Shown one piece after another: positions 9,920 to 19,370 of a stretch of DNA of 30,766 nucleotides (the stretch's first letter is position 1; every line of letters begins with the position of its first letter). The DNA is from an uncultured Verrucomicrobiales bacterium (GTDB lineage: Bacteria; Verrucomicrobiota; Verrucomicrobiia; Verrucomicrobiales; DEV007): assembly GCA_938091905.1 (NCBI GenBank), contig CALKOM010000171.1, positions 1 through 30,766 on the forward strand, given 5' to 3'. The position numbers and the translations under genes were made by a program. Below the pieces are notes generated by a model that worked only from the letters and a program-made list of their open reading frames with translations, did not search any database and was not told the DNA's origin.

Positions 9920-12211
9920 ATGAATAAAAAATCATTGGCCGCCCCATCGCTTTGGCGTTTCCTTGTAACGATGAAGCTGTTCGTTCTCTTGGGACTCTGG
10001 TTGTGCATGATGGGTTGGGCTCATGCGCAAGATCCGTTTGGCTTCGGAAATCGCAATGGACCCAAGCCGGTCAAGCTGGAGTTGGTCAGTGATACTCATG
10101 CAATCGTGCCGGGCCAGCCTTTCTATCTGGCGCTCAAGATGATGCATGGGCCCGGTTGGCATACGTATTGGACTAATCCTGGAACCGGGATGCCAACCAA
10201 GGTCGCTTGGGAATTGCCAGACGGATTCGAAGTCGGACCACAGATTTCGCCTATCCCAAAGGTGAAAGAGGATTCCATCGGGAATACGCATACCTACTAC
10301 GATACGGTCTATCATGTCTACCAAGTGACCCCTCCTGCAACCCTTGAAGGCGAGACGGTCACTCTTAATGGAAAAGCGTCATGGCTGCAGTGCGAGGAGG
10401 ATCGATGCGACCCACCGAAGAGTGCGCCGGTAGACATCACGCTGGCAGTAGATTCGCAGGTCGAGGTGAATACTGAGGCGAACGCATCCATCGAGGCAGT
10501 TCTCAGTCAGCAGGCCGAGCCATTGGACGCCTGGACGGTCAGCTTGAGCCAGACTGATGAGTCATTTACGTTCACGCTAACGCCGGGTGACGGAGCCAAT
10601 GCAGATCCCGGAGCCGTATATGTCTTTGAGGAAGACCAAATGTTGGCCTCTGAAACGCCGAAGGTCACCAAGGATGGGAATGACATTGTTGTTTCCACGA
10701 CGAAGGATGTTGAGGAAGAGATCACGGAACTCAAAGGCTTCCTCTATGCTCCCAACGGCTGGCTTGATGGAGAGGAGAGCCCTAAGGCGATGCCGTTGGT
10801 GGCAGCCGCTGTTGCGACTGGAGACACAGGGGTTGCAGAGGAAGAGACTGGCAGTGTTCCGTCTGGCCAAGCCTTCTACAAGACCTTGGACCCAGAGAAG
10901 GGGAAAGCGGCGATAAAAGAAATGCGTTCTTGGGGGGTTGTTGGTCTGGGAGGCGCCGAAGTCAAAGAGAGCGGCTTTCTTCTCATGATGCTTTTTGCCT
11001 TCATCGGCGGAATGATTCTTAACCTCATGCCCTGTGTTTTTCCTGTCATTGGTATAAAAATCATGGGCTTCGTGCAGCAAGCGGGCGATGACAAAGCGCT
11101 CATCCGAAAGCATGGCCTCGTCTATGCGGCCGGGGTGATCGTTTCTCTTTGGGTCTTGGTCGCCGTTCTCTTAGGGCTGAGGTTTGCAGGGGAACAGATT
11201 GGCTGGGGCTTCCAATTTCAGGAACCAAAGTTTGTCGCCTTTATGCTCTTGGTTATGTTTGTCTTCGGATTGAATCTCTCTGGGCTGTTTGAGATTGGGA
11301 CGTCGCTCACCGGTGCTGGATCCGATGTGGATGACAAGGGATACAAAGGCTCTTTCTTCTCGGGGATACTTGCCGTGTTAGTAGCGACACCATGCACAGG
11401 CCCTTTCATGGGAGCAGCCCTGTCATTTGCAGTCTCGAAACCTATCTATGCTTTCCCAATCTTCACAGCGTTGGCTGTTGGACTCGCTCTACCCTACGTG
11501 CTTTTGAGTTGGTATCCGGTGTTAGTTGAGAAACTACCCCGTCCTGGCCCTTGGATGGAAACCTTCAAACAGTTCATGGCTTTCCCGCTGTTTGCTACGG
11601 CTATTTGGTTGCTAGCCATCTTTACGAAGGGTACTGGGGAAGGTTCTGTTACCTGGATGCTCGCCGGATTGTTAGTGGTTGGTTTCGGACTCTGGATCTA
11701 CGGTCGCTATGGAACGCTTATGCAGAAGGCCCGGACTCAGTGGATCGCTCGAGCGACTGCCATTGCCTCTATCTGCTTGTTTGGTTGGACGACGGTGAAA
11801 GCCATTGCGATCGAGCGTGCGGTGTCTACCGGAGACACCGTTGAGAAGTTTGGCATGACTTGGCACAAGTATTCGCCGGAGAAAGTGGTCGCGCTTCATA
11901 ACGAAGGAAAGGGGATCTTCATCGACTTCACTGCCTCGTGGTGAGCGACTTGCCACACGAATGAAGCGGTCAGCTTCAATTCAACAGACAAGGTCAAGAA
12001 CAAACTTGAGGCACTTGGATACGAGCTCTTCCTTGGCGATTGGTCAGATCGTGAGAACTGGGCGATCGTAGAGACGATTGCTGCTTACGATAGGATTTCT
12101 ATTCCCTACTACTTGGTCATCCCTGGCAAGAAAGATCGGCCAGCGATTCAACTTGAAGACGCGGTGACACCTGGTCAATTTGTTCAGGCTCTCGAAGAGG
12201 CGGCGCGTTAG
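9920..12211 (+). CDS. dsbD: DsbD/ScsB-type protein-disulfide reductase, predicted selenoprotein (763 aa; in-frame TGA at 11942-11944 = Sec in a UxxC thioredoxin motif)
   Basis: N-terminal domain with HTYW and WLQCEEDRC; transmembrane domain with NLMPCVFP and ATPCTGP; then FIDFTASW-TGA-ATCHTNE, after which the same frame continues for 88 codons of thioredoxin domain (GDWS, SIPYY) to TAG at 12209-12211. Alternative start at ATG 9971. Confidence 0.88.
11959..11982 (+). promoter_or_regulatory. Candidate bacterial SECIS hairpin of dsbD
   Basis: GAATGAAGC-GGTCA-GCTTCA(A)TTC. The loop begins with GG and has 23 nt between it and the UGA. Folded by eye only. Confidence 0.65.
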
Positions 12212-12214
12212 CTT

Positions 12215-12619
12215 TTATTGTTGATGCTCTAGCGGCGCAGAGTTTTCCCGAAGCCAAGTGGCGAAGGAGTCTTCGGTGTGTTCGCCGGCAGCTAATGCTA
12301 GAATAGTAAAGTAGCGATCTTCTTTGCTAGCCACTAGATCTCGCCCATTCCGAATTAAGAACAAGCGCATCATGACGTGGGCTGTTCGCTGGTTGCCGTC
12401 TGTAAAGGGGGCGTTCTTGATTATAGCAAAGGCATAAGCAGCAGCGAGCGCGCAAGTATCCGGTGGTGGGTCCCCATAGGAATACAGGTGCTGAGGGTGG
12501 GTCAACGCAGGCTCTAGCAAACACTTATCACATGTTCCTTCTCCGCCGCCATGCTCGGCCAATTGGCGAGAGTGAAGGGCGAAGGAGACATCTATTGAAA
12601 TCCAGATTGGTTGGCTCAT
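12215..12619 (-). CDS. doc: Doc/Fic family death-on-curing toxin with a degenerate active site
   Basis: HSRQLAEHGG, LAAAYAFAI and NAPFTDGNQRTA (canonical HPFxDGNKRTA). ATGA overlap with the upstream antitoxin. Confidence 0.85.
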   Translation of the reverse strand: MSQPIWISIDVSFALHSRQLAEHGGGEGTCDKCLLEPALTHPQHLYSYGDPPPDTCALAAAYAFAIIKNAPFTDGNQRTAHVMMRLFLIRNGRDLVASKEDRYFTILALAAGEHTEDSFATWLRENSAPLEHQQ

Positions 12620-12843
12620 TGGGCGAGCTTTCTCAAGATATCACGATCCTCACGCATGACGCGCTCGGCGATTCGCATTTGCTTGGCGAACTCCTCGTCC
12701 CATGGCGTCAGCTGGAGGCCATTCGGCGTTTCTGTCACAGTAATACTGTCGCCTTTGCCTACCCGCAGCTTGGCGAGCAGCTCCTTCGGGAGCACGACTC
12801 CGACTGAATTGCCAATCTGAGTGAGTTTGAGCTTCTGGACCAT
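12616..12843 (-). CDS. AbrB/MazE/SpoVT-family antitoxin
   Basis: KLTQIGNSVGVVLPKELL...GD.I..TE..NG..LTP, with a C-terminal helix EDRDILRKLA typical of Doc-associated antitoxins. Confidence 0.9.
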   Translation of the reverse strand: MVQKLKLTQIGNSVGVVLPKELLAKLRVGKGDSITVTETPNGLQLTPWDEEFAKQMRIAERVMREDRDILRKLAQ

Positions 12844-12849
12844 GTCTTG

Positions 12850-12877
12850 ATTATAACGTATGTTATTACGGGGTCAA
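12850..12877 (-). promoter_or_regulatory. Sigma70-type promoter of the TA operon with an overlapping palindromic operator
   Basis: The minus strand has TTGACC (12877-12872), a 16-nt spacer and TATAAT (12855-12850), ending 6 nt before the ATG. The palindrome ATAAC-GTAT-GTTAT lies at 12853-12866. Confidence 0.75.
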
Positions 12878-12940
12878 TCGTTGTGGCGAGAGGCCATGTC
12901 TGATCTGGCCTTATGGGCCCCAAAGCGTTTTCCTTCCTCC

Positions 12941-14938
12941 ATGCGGGTCTTCTCAATTTTATGCCTTCTTGGATTGGCCGTCGCCACGCTCTGTGCCGAC
13001 GGCCTAAAGGACAATATAGCAGCGGACGTCAGACCGGTGCCGCCTCCGGGCATAGTTGTCCCTGATGGTGTAAAGGCGTTCTTAGAGAAGGGTTTGGAGG
13101 AGTTGCGGGGAGACATCGAACGCCTCGCAGAGGATTCCAAGCATGCTGATTTCTTGCCGGATGTAGAAATCTACCACAAGGCCGTTCATGGTGCGCTGGC
13201 CTACGATGAGTTCTACAAAACTGCCGAGTTCGAGACGGCGAAGAAGTTCTTGAGGCAAGGACAGTCCCGTGCGGCTTTGATTGAGAAAGAGGATCCATCG
13301 TGGGCCCATGTAGAGCGTTTGCTAGTGCGAGGTTATCGTTCTAAGATCGATGGTTCAGTTCAGCCCTACGGATTGGTGTTGCCAAAGTCTTTCTCTCCTG
13401 AGGGGGCGCACAAGTATCGGCTGGATGCGTGGTTCCATGGGCGAGGTGAGAAACTGACAGAGTTGGACTTTATTCGCCAACGCCAAACGTCAGAGGGGCA
13501 ATTTGCCCCACGGGACACGATTGTGCTGCACTTGTATGGGCGGTACTGCAATGCGAACAAGTTGGCGGGGGAGATTGATTTGTTAGAAGCGCTGAGCCAT
13601 GTGCAAGAGCATTATCAGATCGATGAGGACCGTATCGTGGTGCGAGGCTTCTCCATGGGGGGCGCTGCTTGTTGGCAATTTGCTGTGCACTATGCGGACC
13701 GCTGGGCGGCGGCTGCTCCTGGAGCGGGCTTCTCGGAAACGCCAGAGTTTCTTAAGTCCTTTCAGAAAGAGACGCTCAACCCAACCTGGTATGAGAAGAA
13801 GCTTTGGCATCTTTACGACTGCACAGATTGGGCTGTGAATCTAACGCATTGTCCAACGGTCGCCTATAGTGGTGAGAAGGATATTCAGAGACAGGCTGCC
13901 GACATCATGGCGACGGCATTGAAGAAAGAAGGAATTGAGTTAGTCCATGCCATTGGACCGGGGGTGGGGCACAAGTATCATCCTGATTCCAAGATCGAGA
14001 TCGAACGCCGGATCGACGCGATTGCCAAGCAGGGGAGAGTGACGTCTCCTCGGCGCGTTCGTTTTGTGACGTGGACGTTACGCTATCCCAAGATGCATTG
14101 GGTTCACGTGGATGGACTCGGCGAGCATTGGGATCAAGCTCGAGTCGATGCGGAGATTCACGCCGAGAAAGGTGAGATCGAGGTGGCGACGAAAAACGTT
14201 TCTGCGTTGACGCTTGATCTGGAGCCAGGTCAGCCGCATTTTGAGATTGGGCAGAGTGTGGCTATTTGGATAAATGGTCGTCGTTCAGGAGCTAGGGTGA
14301 AGTCAGATGGATCACTCACGCTCCATCTTGTTGAGAAAAAGGGTCAATGGATAGAGGCCAACACGGTGCCGAGTGGCCTCGTCAAGCGGCCTGGGCTACA
14401 GGGGCCAATTGATGATGCCTTCATGGACTCGTTCATGATGGTGGAGCCCACTGGTCAAGCATGGCACCCAAAGACTCAGCATTGGGTGACGAGTGAGATG
14501 GCGCATGTTCGTGATCACTGGCGCAAGCAATTCCGAGGCACTGCTCGTCTCAAACGTGATATCGAGATCACCGATGAAGATATCGCTGCCCACAACCTTG
14601 TGTTGTGGGGGGATCCTTCGAGTAACGCGGTGATTGCTCGTGTAGCGGACAAATTGCCTATCCCGTGGACAAGTGAAGAGATCCGCATTGGTGACGCTAG
14701 TTACAACACAACCGAGCATGTGCCGGTTCTCATCTATCCCAATCCACTCAACCCTGACAAATACATCGTCTTGAACAGCGGCTTTACGTTTCGTGAGTAC
14801 GACTATCTTAACAACGCTCGACAAGTCCCCAAGCTCCCCGACTGGGCCTTGATCGACATCACGAAGCCCGTGACCACTCGTTTACCGGGAGGCATTGCAA
14901 ACGCGGGCTTCTTTAGCGAGCGTTGGGAGCTGCAGTAG
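12941..14938 (+). CDS. Secreted alpha/beta-hydrolase (prolyl oligopeptidase S9-like)
   Basis: Signal peptide from ATG 12941 (MRVFSILCLLGLAVATLCA); SKIDGSVQPYG, WFHGR, GFSMGG nucleophile elbow, GEKD and GHKYH. Confidence 0.8.
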   Translation: MRVFSILCLLGLAVATLCADGLKDNIAADVRPVPPPGIVVPDGVKAFLEKGLEELRGDIERLAEDSKHADFLPDVEIYHKAVHGALAYDEFYKTAEFETAKKFLRQGQSRAALIEKEDPSWAHVERLLVRGYRSKIDGSVQPYGLVLPKSFSPEGAHKYRLDAWFHGRGEKLTELDFIRQRQTSEGQFAPRDTIVLHLYGRYCNANKLAGEIDLLEALSHVQEHYQIDEDRIVVRGFSMGGAACWQFAVHYADRWAAAAPGAGFSETPEFLKSFQKETLNPTWYEKKLWHLYDCTDWAVNLTHCPTVAYSGEKDIQRQAADIMATALKKEGIELVHAIGPGVGHKYHPDSKIEIERRIDAIAKQGRVTSPRRVRFVTWTLRYPKMHWVHVDGLGEHWDQARVDAEIHAEKGEIEVATKNVSALTLDLEPGQPHFEIGQSVAIWINGRRSGARVKSDGSLTLHLVEKKGQWIEANTVPSGLVKRPGLQGPIDDAFMDSFMMVEPTGQAWHPKTQHWVTSEMAHVRDHWRKQFRGTARLKRDIEITDEDIAAHNLVLWGDPSSNAVIARVADKLPIPWTSEEIRIGDASYNTTEHVPVLIYPNPLNPDKYIVLNSGFTFREYDYLNNARQVPKLPDWALIDITKPVTTRLPGGIANAGFFSERWELQ

Positions 14939-15249
14939 TTGCTTTCGTTAGCCGCGTCAGAAGGGGGACTCATGAGGTCCACTGGTGAGCCCATTCGAGT
15001 CCCAGTCGACGGCGTGACTTCCTAACGGAGTCCGAGCGCCAAAGACGATCTCTACGCAGTTGGAGGCCTGTTCAGGACTGAACTCCGCATCGGAGTTCAG
15101 GATAAGATGGGCTGCCGGGTGCAGATTGAGAATACGTGGCCAATGTGGCTGGCGCTCGGCATGGATGCGCTTGGCTTCCTTCCGCAGATTGTCATCGATC
15201 CCGGCTCCCCAACAAGGCCTCCTCCTCTCTTCCCCATCCGCTTGATTGA

Positions 15250-16479
15250 TCAGGTTCCGGACAAATGGGCGTTCTGCATGACCGGCAGACCGATGAAAAA
15301 TTTGATGATAAGCGCGTTGAGGAGATCGATGAAGAAGGCCCCAACAAGGGGAATCACGAGGAAGGCTTTGAAGGAGGGACCATACTTCGCGGTGATCGCA
15401 TTCATGTTGGCAATCGCCACGGGAGTTGCTCCGAGGCCTAGGCCTGTAAATCCAGCGCAAATAACAGCTGCGTCGTACGTCTTGCCCATGATGCGGAAGA
15501 CAATGAAAGCTGAGAAGAAGCTGATCAAAAGGATTTGAATTAGAAGAACGAAAAAGACCATGCCCATCGCTTCGCCAAGGGAATTCAAGTCCATGCTCAT
15601 GAGACTCATGGCGAGGAAGAACTGAAGGGTGACCTCCCCGACCTTGTCGAAGTCGGGCTGCCGGATCTCCTTCTTGAAAACATCAGCGAGATTGGTGATG
15701 ATGATCCCGACCATCATCGCGGTGAGAAATCCGGGAAGTTTGACCCCCGCGCCAAAGAAGGCGCGGTTGACGATGTCGCCAAGCGAAATGCAAATTGCGA
15801 AGATCGTTATGGTCGTAATGATTCGCTTCGAAGTGACCGGCTCGAGGGGGGCGGCGGGAGCACCCTGCTTCCCCATCATGGATAAATCACCCTCCGAATC
15901 ACTGGGCGCGAGTCCATGCTTTTTAATGAGACGCTCCCCAATAGGTCCACCAATCACCCCACCCGCGACCAGACCAAACGTTGCAAAGGCGATACCGATC
16001 AGGCCCGCCTCGGGATGGCCCGCCGCTTCAGCTTCCTGACCCCAGGCAATCGCAGTCCCGTGACCGCCGGCGAGAGAAACGCTGCCGCCAAAAAGCCCCA
16101 GGCCGGGGTGCTGACCCAGCCCGAGTGCGATGAGCACGCCGGTCCCGTTCTGCAAGACCAAAAAGACGGCCGCGCAAACAACAAGAATGCCAAGCGGCCG
16201 TCCACCTGCCTTTAGGCGGGAGAATTTGGCGGAGAGGCCGACTGTGCTGAAGAAGGCGAGAAGGAAGAGATCGCGAAGCGCGAGGTCAAAGGTGATTTTC
16301 GGCCCCCCCAAATTCTGGATGCTGAGAATGATCAGACTGCAGAGGAGCCCACCCGTAACCGCTTGGGGAATGCTGTACTTTTCAAGTAACGGGATGCGGC
16401 GGGTCAGGACATTGCCGATGACGAGCACAAGGACACTGACGAGGAGGGCATCGATAGGATTGACGGTGATCTCAGACAT
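15250..16479 (-). CDS. gltS: Sodium/glutamate symporter (GltS family)
   Basis: YSIP.AVTGG, LAFFSTVGL, GGHGT, ATFGLVAGGVIGGP, FLAMSLMS, GLGATPVAIANM and PLVGAFFID. Start placed at MSEITVNP because the ORF-track 5' extension is not GltS-like. Confidence 0.92.
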   Translation of the reverse strand: MSEITVNPIDALLVSVLVLVIGNVLTRRIPLLEKYSIPQAVTGGLLCSLIILSIQNLGGPKITFDLALRDLFLLAFFSTVGLSAKFSRLKAGGRPLGILVVCAAVFLVLQNGTGVLIALGLGQHPGLGLFGGSVSLAGGHGTAIAWGQEAEAAGHPEAGLIGIAFATFGLVAGGVIGGPIGERLIKKHGLAPSDSEGDLSMMGKQGAPAAPLEPVTSKRIITTITIFAICISLGDIVNRAFFGAGVKLPGFLTAMMVGIIITNLADVFKKEIRQPDFDKVGEVTLQFFLAMSLMSMDLNSLGEAMGMVFFVLLIQILLISFFSAFIVFRIMGKTYDAAVICAGFTGLGLGATPVAIANMNAITAKYGPSFKAFLVIPLVGAFFIDLLNALIIKFFIGLPVMQNAHLSGT

Positions 16480-16499
16480 AGTCTCGTTAGGAGGAGCGG

Positions 16500-16870
16500 C
16501 GTTTCCGCCTGCTGTTCTGCAGGCCTTCATCCGATCTGTCAGCACAATTCCGTCAGAAATCGGGCTCAGGGGCAAAGAGCACCGAGCCTTGTCAGTCAAA
16601 AGCACAGATGGTTCACTCTGATTTAGCACATGGCTCCTCTCCCACGGCTCTTCCGTGGCTTCAGCAGCCCAGGTCGCGGGCGTGGAGTTCGATACGAGTT
16701 CGATCGAAGCGCTTGTGAAACAAATTCGGGAGAGGGTCCATCCAAAGAAGTGGCCTTTCAAAGGCAACTTCTTTGGCGTGCTGAACCTTGCCAGGCTGGA
16801 AAGCGAGGCGGTCCTCAAACACCTCCGCGTGATGAATGAGGTGATGGTCTACACGCCAGGTGACGAGTGA
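16500..16870 (+). pseudogene. Possible 3' gene remnant or small hypothetical ORF (track ORF 16655..16870)
   Basis: A protein-like frame ends VMVYTPGDE*. It continues upstream across a TGA at 16619-16621, with no plausible start outside gltS. Confidence 0.3.
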
Positions 16871-17048
16871 TCGACGGTGGTGTGATGATTGCGGGTAAAT
16901 TGAATGTCCAATTTCTTGCGGAGTGGCAGTAGACCTGGCGCATGGGAAGGGGAGCAGACGGGAAAGCCGTTTGACACCCAAACCCCTCAGATGACAGTGG
17001 CTTCAGGCGCTTCCGCCATTTATTTCACCGCAACACAACGATACCAGG

Positions 17049-19343
17049 ATGATTCAAGCAAGTATGCGCAAAGCCCTACCTCGATTAGGCTCCACCCTCT
17101 TGATCTCGCTCGCTTCCATGACCTTAGGAGTGCAAGCGCAGACAGACGATCAAACCAATCTTTTCGACTGGCGCGGGCCTTTTCAGACCGGCGTGAGCCC
17201 AGAGACCTATGAAGGCTGGGCCTTCGAGGGTGAGAAGTCTCTCAAATGGACCTATGACGTTTCTAGCCGTGGCTGCCCTGTTGTCGTGGACGGCCGCCTT
17301 TATTCCTTCGGTTACAATGGAACTGAGGAAGGTCCTGAGCAGCGGATTGTTCTTTCCTGCCTCGATGCCGACAAGGGCACGAAGATCTGGGAGCATCGCA
17401 TGAACGACTTTATCAGCGACACCGTTTACAGCCGTTATGGCACGGGGAGTCCTAAGGTCGATCAAGAGACTCGCAATGTCTATCTTCTCACGTCGACGGG
17501 GCTGTTCAGTTGCTTCAATCAGGAAGGTGAGCTGTTATGGCGGCACAGCCTCATGGAGTCCTACGGCCGCCTCACGTTTCCGAATGGACGCACCGGCGCG
17601 CCGGTGATCGATGGTGACATGGTCATCACCCGTGGCATCACGAGTTTCTGGGGCAAACAAGGCCCAGCGCGTGATCGCTTCTATGCTTTCAACAAATATA
17701 CGGGAGAACCGCTTTGGTCCGCAGAGCCTGGCACAGCACCCAAAGATAGTTCAAACTCGACGCCTGTTTTCGAAACCCGTGATGGCAAGCGCGTGTTTTA
17801 TGCAGGGACGGGTTGTGGAAATATTGTTTGTGTGAATGCCAACACAGGGCAGTCACTGTGGCGCTATCACTTCTCCAAAGGAGGAGTCAATAGCACGCTC
17901 TCCATTCATCCGAACGGATCGCTTGTTTGTATCCACGGCAAAGAGAACCACGACACGACCAATGAGGGACGGATGATAGCTCTTAAATTGCCTGAGAAAC
18001 TAATCGGCGCCGGTGAGACGCAGGTTGTGCTCGACAAGAGTTGTGAGATCTGGCGGAACGACCTGGTCGCCTTCACGAGTTCACCCTGCTTGGTCGGTGA
18101 TCGCGCGTACGTTGTCGATAAGACAGGTCACCTTTGCAATGTCGATGTGACCAATGGCAACGTCCTTTGGCGTGAGAAGTTAGACTCTGACAACATTCAT
18201 GCGTCTCCTGTGTATGCTGATGGCATCCTTTATGTGCCCACGCACAACGGCAAATTTTTCGTCATCAAGCCGAGCGATGGGAAGGCGGAGCGGTTAGTGG
18301 ACATGGAGATGGAAGGTCGTTGCCTCGGTGCTCCTGCCATCTCTAATGGGCACGTTTATCTACACACGACGTCGAAGCTCTACTGCTTCAAAATGAAGAC
18401 GGACAAGATCAACTACCTCGACGTTCCAAAAGAAGAACCGCTCAAGAAAGGAGCGACCACGGCGATCACGATTGTGCCGAATGAGGTAGCTTTGAAGGCT
18501 GGCGAGTCCGTGCAGCTCAAAGCGTTTGAGATCGACGCGGCTGGTGTGCGGGGTAAGGAAGTGACACCTTCCTTTGAGGCATATATTCCGCCGACGGCTA
18601 AAGTGAAGGCCAAGCTCGATGCAACGGTGGATGGCGATAAGTTAGTCACGACGACGAAGTCGAAGGAATCGGCCGGCATGTTCAAGGGCACGTCTGATGG
18701 TAAGGCGGGGCTTCTCCGCAGTCGTTTGTTAGGGAGTGCGCCTTATTCTGAAGACTTCGAAGGCTATGACCTCACCGTGCCACACGCGCAGGACGGTGTG
18801 AACTACGCCTTCCCGCCACTTCCATGGATTGGCGCCCGATTGAAATGGGAAGTCCGTGAAGTCGATGGCACCAAAGCTCTCGCCAAGACACTTGATCGCG
18901 TCCTCTTCCAGCGGGCCACATCATTTATTGGCACGGCTGACATGAAGAATTACACGTTGCAAGCTGACGTGATGACGGATGGCAATCGTCGTATCAAAGG
19001 GGACATTGGTCTCATCAACCAGCGCTACCTCATTTCCATTCGAGGCAACGCCAAGCTCATGGAGATCAGCAGCAACCACGAGCGCATCAAGCACAGCGTT
19101 CCGTTTGTGGTCAAAGCGAAGACCTGGTACACCATCAAGACTCGTGTGGATGTGCAGGCAGACGGTTCGGGAATCGTTCGCGGAAAAGCCTGGATCAAAG
19201 GCGAGCCTGAGCCTGAAGCTTGGACTATTGAATACACTCACAAATACGCCAACACAAACGGATCTCCTGGCATCTTCGGGTTCTCGCCGCAAAGCCAGAA
19301 ACGATTATATGTCGATAACATTTCCCTTACGGCGAATCAGTAG
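17049..19343 (+). CDS. Exported PQQ-like (BamB-type) beta-propeller repeat protein with a C-terminal beta-sandwich/lectin-like domain
   Basis: Signal peptide; WRGP; repeated 'CLDA..G...W' and 'ASP...DG..Y' blades; C-terminal WY.IK.RV...GKAW..GE.EP..W...GSPGIFG. Start may be ATG 17064. Confidence 0.8.
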   Translation: MIQASMRKALPRLGSTLLISLASMTLGVQAQTDDQTNLFDWRGPFQTGVSPETYEGWAFEGEKSLKWTYDVSSRGCPVVVDGRLYSFGYNGTEEGPEQRIVLSCLDADKGTKIWEHRMNDFISDTVYSRYGTGSPKVDQETRNVYLLTSTGLFSCFNQEGELLWRHSLMESYGRLTFPNGRTGAPVIDGDMVITRGITSFWGKQGPARDRFYAFNKYTGEPLWSAEPGTAPKDSSNSTPVFETRDGKRVFYAGTGCGNIVCVNANTGQSLWRYHFSKGGVNSTLSIHPNGSLVCIHGKENHDTTNEGRMIALKLPEKLIGAGETQVVLDKSCEIWRNDLVAFTSSPCLVGDRAYVVDKTGHLCNVDVTNGNVLWREKLDSDNIHASPVYADGILYVPTHNGKFFVIKPSDGKAERLVDMEMEGRCLGAPAISNGHVYLHTTSKLYCFKMKTDKINYLDVPKEEPLKKGATTAITIVPNEVALKAGESVQLKAFEIDAAGVRGKEVTPSFEAYIPPTAKVKAKLDATVDGDKLVTTTKSKESAGMFKGTSDGKAGLLRSRLLGSAPYSEDFEGYDLTVPHAQDGVNYAFPPLPWIGARLKWEVREVDGTKALAKTLDRVLFQRATSFIGTADMKNYTLQADVMTDGNRRIKGDIGLINQRYLISIRGNAKLMEISSNHERIKHSVPFVVKAKTWYTIKTRVDVQADGSGIVRGKAWIKGEPEPEAWTIEYTHKYANTNGSPGIFGFSPQSQKRLYVDNISLTANQ

Positions 19344-19370
19344 GTCTCACCACGCATAACTTTACGAATC

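Noticed and set aside
16619..16621. In-frame TGA joining two plus-strand frames, with a CCACGG/CCGTGG hairpin downstream: a possible third selenoprotein
   Set aside because: There is no Cys-type motif around it, no credible start codon outside the antisense of gltS, and the hairpin loop (CTCTT) lacks the SECIS-like G. A gene remnant is more likely.
16480..16818. N-terminal extensions in the ORF track (gltS; also 6502-6540, 12860-12940, 23896-23991 and 29168-29215)
   Set aside because: Family motifs or signal peptides begin at downstream ATGs, so the extensions are artefacts of longest-ORF calling.
16871..17048. Possible riboswitch upstream of the propeller/SSS operon (CAGACGG-GAAAG-CCGTTTG hairpin overlapping TTGACA)
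   Set aside because: It is a single hairpin, and I cannot match it to any riboswitch consensus or find a convincing -10 box. An Rfam/Infernal scan would be needed.
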